Shown here piece after piece: positions 10,112-20,200 of a DNA stretch of 54,973 bases. The position numbers and the translations under genes are program-made. The stretch covers positions 1 to 54,973 of IMG/VR virus record IMGVR_UViG_3300025141_012176; one strand, 5' to 3'. This stretch comes from a virus (Duplodnaviria; Caudoviricetes). Numbering within the stretch: position 1 is the stretch's first letter; every line of letters starts with the position of its first letter. The notes beneath the pieces were generated by a model. That model saw only the letters and a program-made list of their open reading frames with translations. It searched no databases and was not told where the DNA came from.

Positions 10112-11181
10112 TCTTCAACATCCCCCTCTGACACATTGCTGGTATAAATATTATATGGAGTCGCAGTTACCTCAGAATCTGGGCACTCCGACAACTGCTC
10201 AAGGAAAATAGACATTTCGGCGCCTCTTCTCCTAATTTTGCTAGCCGCGGAGCACAGGGCTGTCTGGCTTATTTCATGATCAGCGAGAATAGAAAAATAA
10301 TATTCAGCATATGTGGAGTCAGGAGCGACATGCTGAAACGGTAAATCTTTCTGATCTAGTAATATATTATTAACTACTTGCTCTGGTTGGCTGATAAACG
10401 ACAGAGGGGTTAATGTTTCTGTTTGGGATTCGCTTGAAATGCTTGGAGTGGAGACGCCGCCTGCTGACTCGACTGTCTCTACTTCAAACAATTCTATATA
10501 AAAGTTCTCACCTTCAAAAGATGTGTTTTCTTCAAATATCTCCAACAGCAGAGGTTCGCTATCCATTATTGCAAGAAAAGTATCATCCTCAAAGTATGTC
10601 GATACGATAGGCAAGCCCTCCATGTTGATTGCCGTAACATCATTATATGTCGCCGTTTCCTGGTTCAAAAGTGTTGTCTCTTTTTCTTGCACATATGTCT
10701 TATATTTTAACTCCACCTCAAGTTGCGGGATTCTCTGTGTTGGCGCCGATCCTGTTAAATACTCTATTGAGCCAGACAACTCTCCGGTAAGAAATCTAAC
10801 TTCCCATGACGGAGAATAAACAGAGCCAAGCTCGGATGTTCCTAATTGTCCGCCAAGAGCATAAGCAGTCGCCGAGGTTCGAACCATCGGAACAACATCG
10901 CCAACCTTTAGAGCCTCTTCTGAGGCAGCGGCGAACTGATTTACGGAAGATTCAACTCCGTAAAAAACATGGCGAGGGCGTATGTACGGGGTTTCTTCTT
11001 GAATTCTTTCTTCTGCCTTATTCTGTTGTTCTTCGAAGCTAGCCCATTGAGAATCGTACAAGACTCCTTCATCGTGAAAAGTATAATATACTGGCTTAAA
11101 CTTGCCCTGCGACAAGAGGTATTTGCCGTATTGAGTTAGTTGAATATCTAAGACATCTTCTTTTGGGTTGAAAAATTCCAT
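10105..11181 (-). CDS. virion structural protein (N-terminus paralogous to 2998-3912)
   Basis: MEFFNPKEDVLDIQLTQYGKYLLSQGKFKPVYYTFHDEGVLYD aligns by eye with MAFLDNSGDIILDAVLTDTGRMRLAKGDGTFSISQFALGDDEIDY. Confidence 0.6.
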   Translation of the reverse strand: MEFFNPKEDVLDIQLTQYGKYLLSQGKFKPVYYTFHDEGVLYDSQWASFEEQQNKAEERIQEETPYIRPRHVFYGVESSVNQFAAASEEALKVGDVVPMVRTSATAYALGGQLGTSELGSVYSPSWEVRFLTGELSGSIEYLTGSAPTQRIPQLEVELKYKTYVQEKETTLLNQETATYNDVTAINMEGLPIVSTYFEDDTFLAIMDSEPLLLEIFEENTSFEGENFYIELFEVETVESAGGVSTPSISSESQTETLTPLSFISQPEQVVNNILLDQKDLPFQHVAPDSTYAEYYFSILADHEISQTALCSAASKIRRRGAEMSIFLEQLSECPDSEVTATPYNIYTSNVSEGDVEEC

Positions 11182-11229
11182 AAATTAATTAGTTTCCATG
11201 CTTTATTTTCTTGTTACTTGTTGTTGTGA

Positions 11230-14200
11230 TTATTGAGCTTCATAATCCGGATCATCTGAGCCGTCCAGGAGGAAACCCGGATTGTTAGGATCCGGCGCTT
11301 TGCCAGGGGGGCCGTCCCAGGCGCCGCCTCCGCCGCCTCCGCCTCCGTCGCCTCCGTCGCCGCCCACTCCAGCCTTTCCAAAATCCTGACCGCCGGCTTT
11401 GTGCTGGTCGCGCTTGCTGCCTGAGCCGTCATTTAAATCCGCCTCCTCCTTGCCACCAACCTTTCCGGCGTTATTCTCAAGCGCTTGGACGACGGAGAAA
11501 AGCGGAGTAAAACCAATTTCTGATTCAATCTGTGCTGATTCAATTATAGAGAAATAATCATAAGGCCAGTTGTATCCGTAGTTTGGATTAGTGTTCGTAC
11601 CAAACGGCAGCGATTTCTGTGCGCCGGCGGCGCTTTCCCAAGCATCTGTAAGGGTTGTATCTTGGGTGCTTTCTCCGCCGGCTATTGTCTCATAATAATT
11701 TATCTTGCCTTTTTGTTTTGCCTTGAATACCATCCACTGAACTTTATCTTGGAACGGCGCGTTGACCATGGTAATGTCACCGAACTGGCCGGCGAAAGCT
11801 TTCTGGGCTCCAATATCGGCGAATTTCGCTTCTTCTTCGTTTGCATACCCCATCAACTCGTTCAGCAGCAAATCATGGCTTATCGAAGCTTCAGCAAGAG
11901 AGAGTTTCTTAGAGCATGGTGGTGCGACATTCTGCCAAATGTGAGCCAAATCATCTTGATCAAAAGTATAACTAAACGGGAATATATACATTGCAATCGG
12001 AGGTACATCCTCGTTTGTAACAAAGTCAAAAGTAGGCGGGAGGATAAATCTGCCCATCATGTTGATCTGCTCCATGATGCTAGGGCCTGCCGGCTCAAAC
12101 TCAACCGCTAGCGGTCTTCCGAGAGCCTGCGCTACTTGATTTGGCTCAAGTGCAAAGAAGGATTTCTCTCCAGACTTCTCTATAAATGGCACTGCGACGA
12201 TTGCCTCTTCCACAGTCAAGGTATCCCTAATCTGGCCGAGCTTTGTCGGTGTAGAGTCAAATCCCACCAAATCAACTAAGGATTTCATGTTGGCAGCATC
12301 TTGCATTCTTTGATATTCTAAGTCGGCGCCGGTTAGGGTAGAAGAAAGCGATGATTGATATATGTCCGTGGTTCTTGGCCATCCGTGATTTTGCAGCCAG
12401 TTTTGGGGAATATCATTTATTTCCATAAATATTCCTCTATGTGCGGAATTTTCTATGGCGCCATATTGGTGCCACATCCCTGACGGGACAGATTCTGACC
12501 CATGAGTCGGAATAGTAAGATCTGAAGCTCTCTGTGCTGGATTATAGGATGGGTTGAAGTTAAACATAGGGGTTTCGAATTTCGGTTGAATTGTCCAAAC
12601 TTTTTGATCAGCGAGGTTTGATATCTCAGTTTTTCCGGTGGCTTTATTAACCGTGACTTGGAAAGTATCTGTTATCTCTTGGGATAGCAAATTAAGGGAA
12701 GCGCTAATCTGCATTGCATTTCGGTTAATGTTCTCTCCCGAATACAGCGAGGAGCTATGCATGCCGTTCGTAGTAAACTTTGGATAGCGCTCGTCTGCCA
12801 AGGTTTTTACAGCAGCAAAGTTGCCGGCATTGGGATCATGTATGCCTGGATCGTGGCGCCAGTATTGAATCTTAACCTCTGACATCAACTCATCAAGCGT
12901 GTATTCTTTTGTCGATGACGGCGCGAAAAGAATATCTGCCCAAGCCTCTCCGTCATAATATGGGGGAGTGAAACTCCAATAATAACCTTCAAGGCTGTCC
13001 ATCGTGCCCCAATCGGAGCCAGACATGGATTCCCTGTGGAAGTTATTAGATCCTGTATTATAAGTATTCATATGAATCTTCTGATGTATTCTTCCCCACA
13101 CCGGCGGGCCAAAGGCTGATGGGCGGCTATACATTGTAAAAGTCTCAACCATACCGGTTTGGTTCCTAGGATCTTGTGGAAGCTCATATGAGCCAGTCGC
13201 GGCAAAGGTATCCTTGATTGCAGTATTTGAGCCGCCTCCTTCTGTAACATCCTCATCCCATGAGCGGGCCTTGTTCATCGAGCGCCGGAGCTTAACTCTG
13301 GCGCCATATATATCGCCGCCCTGAATTGCAAGATTCATCGCATCTTCTCCCCGCGATGTTATCTTGGTGTTTTGTCCATCATTCAAGAAAAAGTTAGAAA
13401 CCTCGGCGCAGAAGTTATTTGCCATCATCTTATACAAGAAGTTTCCGCCGCCGTCCCAAGATGCCGTAACATCAATTCTAACCCTTGGATCCGGCTCGTG
13501 ATCGATAAGGGGGGTGTTGAGGATATACTTCTCTGGATTTAGAATTGCTTCGAAAGGAATTCTGTAGTCCCATACGCCGGCGTTATAATCTAAGGACGCA
13601 GTGTTTCCTATGTCGGCATTGGTTTTGATCAGTAGCCGTTCATCGTAGAAAGTACCCAGGTTGAAGGACTGATTGGTGATGTTATCTGGATCTGTTTTGT
13701 TATTACCATTTCTTCCATCTTCATCGAAGAGGGGAGACTCTCCAACCCCATCAAAGCCAAGCCCCCAATAATCTGAGTTTCCTAGTTTTGTTTTTCTGAT
13801 TTTTGAACCATGTGTCATTATCGGATAATCAACAGCCAAGCCAGACTTAATAGAGTTGAACAATATTCCTGGTGCCATCATTGGCTGCAAGAAGGCGCGC
13901 CATGAGCCCTTAGTCGGAGCGTTAGCCGCGTCGAAGCCATCCTCGTTGGTTGCCGCAATTCCTCCCTCAAATGACACGGAAGACGCGTATGAAGACGAGA
14001 ATTGTTTTGCTAACGCTAATGTGCGCTCACAAGGATAAAAACCATCATATGGCAAGAACTTAATTGCGGCACGGCATGTCAGCGTCAGCTTTGCAGGCTC
14101 TGCCACTCCCTCTAAATCTGATTTTATCGTCGCAAAATTCTTCATGAAGTCTGAAGTGGAGTATATCTCATAGAAGCTAGCTGTGACTGAAGACTGTGGA

Positions 14201-17200
14201 TAAGTGTCGGAAGAGTTGTCTTGTCCGATTATTTCGAACATGTTCTGCTGATCGGCAAGAACATTTCCTTGATTCGTCACCACATAAAAACCTATATTGT
14301 CACCTATGCGGAATTCTGGGATTATAGAGTAGTCTTTTGCTTGTGCTCTAATTTCTGTCGCATATGAATCATAATCTTTATACCATGGATCAGAGGAGCC
14401 TGACACCCAAGCTGCCCTTCCCACTTGTCCGGCGCTTAAGTCATACCTGCCAGCAGATTCGGCAACTTGCCACTCTGCATATCCATACCCAATTGACGCA
14501 GAGCCTGCCCAGTTTCTATCGGTATGTCCATCAGAGTTGGCGAGGCGGCCTGCGGCGACAGGGCGATTGGGATTTGTCACTGATGCGGTGGAGCTAAGAA
14601 GGTGCGGGCGGATGTAGCAAGGGCTAGCATTTGCTACGGCACTAATAGCGCTGTAGTCTATAACAATACTGGAAGGTTGGCCGATGGAGCCTGATGCTCC
14701 CGCCAATGATGCGCCGATATTGTGGAAATATGTATGAGTGTTCATCAACTCGCCAGATATAGCTGTGACGCCGCTGGCGGTTACAGAAACTTCAGTGCCA
14801 GATGCAAAAGTATCAAATGCATCCAGTGGCCACATACTGTGCTTTAGTGCCTGGCCAGTCGTCGTTGGGGGTGCGGTGATGTGTCGATCTGCCCTGTTCT
14901 TCCTCCAGAAGTTATTTGTATAATTATATCTCTGCCTAACTCTGTTGTCGTACATGTTTTCAGAAGAAGGATAAATTATTTCTTTGTAGCTTATAGAAGT
15001 TAGATTCTCTACTGACGATTCAAGCCCAAGCAGCGCGCCGTTAGCATATTGATCTTTAACTAAGTCATAAGCAGTAACACTTCTCACGACAAGAGAAACG
15101 CTTGCGCTGGCATCCACTTTTGAATCGTCGAAATAAACCAAGTCATTTCCATGTGTTGTCCCTACGATGACTTTTAGAGGAGGCTCATTCGCCGGATCGT
15201 AGAAAAATGTATAATTGTTAGATGCTTCGTCATATGTCAAGCCTTCGGTGTAGAGCGTAACGGCGTGCTCGACGGGGCGGTACTTTGAGGACACAGGCGT
15301 TATCCTCTCGAAAACATCGATTGTTCCGAATTCAGATGCGACAGTTGGAGCAGCAGAATCGAAGTTCGCAACCTCGCCGGCTCTTACAATAGAATAAATA
15401 TTGTTCTTTCTTTGGTATCTAGCAACTGGATGCTCTCCTGTTCGTATCTGTTTCCAAGAAGGATATCCATAGGGCCCATTACGATGCAGGAGGAGGCAAT
15501 TTAGCGCGCCTACGCTGCCTGGCGAGCCTGATTCTAGAGTATTCAGCGCTGGTTTTACTGCTGAGTTTATGAAGCCTCCTGTGACAAAATCTTCGGCGCC
15601 GGCGTCAGCTAGCTCACCGGGTGATCCGATGTTGATATAATAAGTCGCATCCTTAGATATAGCGAAACCTAGGTTATTGGTGCTGGCAGCAAGAGAACTA
15701 GTTATAGGCTCTCTGATGTTGGTGTTGAGTCCGACGAAATCTGTAAACATTAGCCCCGTTTGGCCAGAGCCTACATTTGATTTGTCTTTGGCAAATCTTC
15801 TTTCCCCATCTTTCACTACACTGACTAGCTCGCTTGCTGACACGAAGTTAAGTGCGTTCTCCCAGCCCTGCCTGACAAGCACTCCATCTCTGGTCCGGAC
15901 AGCAGAGCTTGAAACTCTTCCACTATAAGGGGCATATCCAAGCACACGGCTGCCAGAAGATGCCAACGATGCGGTAATCCATGAGTATTGCATATCGCTG
16001 CGCGGTATCATGTGGCTAATATAGCCGTTATCATATTTTGAAGATGTTACATATGTTGGGTAATGGGAAACCAAGGAGGTGCTGTCCCCCACTGTACCGG
16101 CGCTGGCTGTCGCATCGAATATTCTTCCGGTGGCACTACCGGTTGAGACATCAGACACGGCAGCAGTGTCGCCACCTCCCAACTTGTACCAAGCGCAGAG
16201 ATTAGCATTTTCTGCCGCATGTGATTCTGTTAAAGCTTGTGGTCCCCATGAAAGATAGTCATCATAATTTCTATTGATGCTCCAAACTTCAGGATCGTTT
16301 AGTATGCCATCCCAAATCATACACTCCGCGATGGCGCCACTGAATGTGCAAGTATCGTAGTTCGAGCCACTGGTTGCAGTGCCGGCGCCGTTCCCTATCA
16401 TAGGTGCCAATTCATTAGGACTAGCAAAGGTAACCGGCGCTGAATCTGATGCATCACCAAATCTAGGATCTCCTATGAATCCACCTCTGCTAGTAGCATA
16501 TTCGATACTACCAGAAGCGTACTTTGCATAATCAGAATCCCGCTCCCACACATAGAATGTAGGTAAGGCGCCTTGAGCATCCTGGTATCCGTCGTTTTGG
16601 TTTACCCCCCCTTCCCCAGCCGCCACCGGTCCAAGCGCATTGGAGGTTCCATCAAAAGTAACTGCCACTAGCGTCCAGACGCCGGGATTAATACACTTGT
16701 CACTTGTCTTTACTACCAAAGAGCGATCATCAGCGGAGCCTCCGGCATATGCCCTATGGAAGAATAGCTTGGCATTATCGGCTTCTGAGCCTGAAATTCC
16801 GAACATCAAGCCGCGGCCGGCTTTGAAAGTGTTTTTATTCATGAATCCAGCGCAGAATATAGACTGCCAACCTCTTTCGCCAGCAGTGAGATCGCTGTGA
16901 TCACCTATGCCATCCCAACGGATCCATGCAGCTATGGTGCATTTATCAGTTCCGTCGGATCCGAAAATATCATCAAAGTAATTCAAAGCAGTCAAGCCAC
17001 CTTCATCTTCTATCTCGACTCTATCATCACGGACTCTGGTTGAGACGCCGCCGGCGGCATCCATTGCTATTCCATCAAAAGTCGTTGCGTTGTGCGCCAC
17101 ATATGTTGGTGTGCCGCTAAGTTCCATACGCTTCAGTCTATTTCTGTTAGTCTTGTGGAGAGAAGGATTAGTTACATAAGTCGTAGAAGACACAGAGCCA

Positions 17201-20200
17201 ATCTGTTGATCGTGCCCAAACTGCCCACTATAGCGCGCTAGATGGGTTCTTAAGCCGTAGGTTGTATTAAGATGATCTCTTACTCGCATGGTGTTGGCTT
17301 CGCCGCTTCCAGAGCCCAATACGGACAAGTTTCGGAATGGCAGTGCATTGTAGACTGAATACTCTTCAGCGTTCTTATCTAAGAATCCTCGTGACATTTG
17401 TTCGGGGCCGCCGGGAGAAGAGAAACGAGAAACGATAACACTATCTGAGCCTGTTAAGTCGCGTCGTGGCAGAGTAAATACGGTTGCGCTCGTGGCGGCG
17501 GTGCCGCCTGTAAAAGTAGTTTCACCATTGGCCGTCATGCCAGTTACTAAAGTTATTGCTGTGTTGCCAGCGGTGCCGGCGGTAGTTTGAGTTAGTGTAA
17601 ATGATGTTTGGGTGCCAGTATCGGTAGCGGGTACAGCCGTCATGTCTAGTTCGAGAGCAGCGATTGCGGCCAAGCATGCAATGTGAAAGGCCTGCGTAGC
17701 CTTCCTAACCTCGGAACCACCACTAATGCCTCCGGTGTTGACTTCCCATATGTGATCGCCTCCGTCGGAAGAAGTGTCACCAAAGTTCTTAGTAGGATCT
17801 GTATGGAAGGTTACGGTTGATCCATCAGCATTTGTCAATATTATATTTGTACCATCGGCACCGTTCAAAGCAGCAGTTCCTACAAATGTAGCAGTGGCAG
17901 CGGTGCTGCCGCTATTTTGTTGGGCGAACCTTAAAGATGTGTCCCTATCTAGCGATGGGCTGTCGTCGGCCGTTGTCGGGCTAGTGATGAAAGAAGGGCC
18001 GTGATCGTTTGCGTCTTCAGGGCGAACAGCAATCAATGTATGAACATTTGTTGTTGCCGGCAGCGCTGATGCGCCACTATGAATTAAGCCCGGAAGAGGT
18101 GCGACATTCGATTTACCAATGGTGTCGTCATTTGAATAACTTCTCTTCAAGAAACGATTGTTCGAAGATCTTCCCGCTATTTGAACAACATCGTAATTGA
18201 AAGTATAGTTTCCTATCTTTGTCGGAGAAGTCGTTGTCGAACCAGTAGCTGTTGATCCAGTTATTTGTTTTATGTTCTTTATATTATAATGGCACTTTCT
18301 TCCGAAGTCGCGACTCCACAAGGCAGAAGGGGTGTGGCCGGCGGGGCGAGAGAACACAATAGCAGACTGAGCGTTTGTTGTGTTGGAAAAACTAAGATCC
18401 CAAGCTTCGGGACGGTTGTGCCGCTCATCAAGAGACTTATTGCTGTCAGCATAGTTCAGGTCGACATGGCGGTTAAAATATCCGCCAACATATTTCTCAG
18501 GAAATGGGCCCTGCATAGGTATCTCTTTATCGGGCCCATAAGCATCAGTATGAAGGTTGGTTATTTGTACAGAAGCCGAGCCGGATAAAGGAGGGCTCCA
18601 GAGAACAACATCGGTTTGATATCCGGTGGAAACCGAGGAACTGACAAGATTAAAAGGAGCAATCAGATGCCCTTTGCCTGAGTTTGTGAAATCATTATTC
18701 TGGTTTGCGTCCGTAAATGCCTTAAAAGTGTACATCCTCTTTGCGCTTGGATTTTGGACATCATCAATATTGGGGAAATTATAAACTTCGGATGCTGAAA
18801 CCGCCAATACGCTAGCGCCCATTGCATTCTTAAGAATCCTGCTCCTAATGAATCCAAGCTTCTTGTTTTTGTTAAAGTTTATTCCGCCTCCGATGTGCCG
18901 AAGGTTATTTGTTTCAAAATTATAAGTCCTAGTGAACACTCTTCTTGGGTATTTTTTTGTTTTAAACGCAGTGCCTCCTTTAGTCGTGACAGAGCCAATG
19001 CCGGAAGCAGAGACATGCGTGGTGATCCTGTCTCTAATTACATTTCTATCTCTATCCAGTTCTGGAGTTGCAGAAGTAAGCCGGGAGTGTTCACGAGCGG
19101 CTCGCTCTCTCCACCAAAGGGCATTCTTCTCTTCAGGAGTTGAGCCGCCAGTAAAAGCAGTTTCACCATTGGCCGTCATGCCAGTTACTAAAGTTATTGC
19201 TGTATTGCCGTCTTCCCCAAGAGTAGTTTGAGTTAGCGTAAATGATGTTTGCGTGCCGGTGTTGGTAGCGGGCACGGCTGTCATATCTAGTTCGCCGGCT
19301 GCAATTGCAGTTAAGCAAGCAATATGGAATGCCTGCGTAGCCTTCCTGATTCCTTCCGACGAAAAATCCCCTCCGGTGTTGATGATCCAGCGATGATCTC
19401 CATCATCGTTAGAAGTGTCACCAAAGTTCTTAGTAGGATCTGTGTGGAAGGTTACGGTTGAACCGTCAGCATTTGTCAATATCAGATTTGTACCATCTTC
19501 ACCAGCCAAGGCGGTAGTTCCTACAAATGTCGCTGTAGCCGCAGTATCGGGAAGGGGTGCATGTCCATGCTCCCAATCGTAAAGCATTTCTGAAATGCCG
19601 AAGAGGCTAGCCTCTGGATCTTCTGCCTTGAATTCAATTGTTGGGAACTTACTCCAATACTTATTCCTCTCAAGGACATGGCTTTCCACCATTGTCCGGA
19701 CATCCTCAGATATATTAGCGGATGCTGGCACTAATTGGCGAATGAACTCTGCTATTGAGGAGTCAATCCACTTATAGTAGTCGACATATTTATCCAGTTG
19801 CGGGGTGTTTCCAATTCTATCAAAGAAAAGCTGCTTTAGTTTTTCAATGTCTTTATATTGAGGACGATAGCGATTTACAGGTTCGCCAATAAGGTTATTA
19901 AAGCCTACAATGCTTCCAAAGAAATTCATCATTTCTTCAGACATAGTGCGATACATGCTCTTTTCTATTGAGTAGAAATAATCAGTTATTCTGTCTTCGG
20001 CGCTGAAGTCTTTGGCCTCGTCTGCCTCTGTGGTGATCTGAATCATGTCGTTCGAATCGATATTTTCAGGCGGCTGCAATCTGGAGGCTCCGACAAAGTT
20101 GAAGTCTATAGCGTTGCCGTCTCCACTCTCCGGAGGCAGGAAGAAGTCACCTTTGCCGGAATGTTGCTTCTTTGCTATGTTTCCAAGCCAACTATATCCC

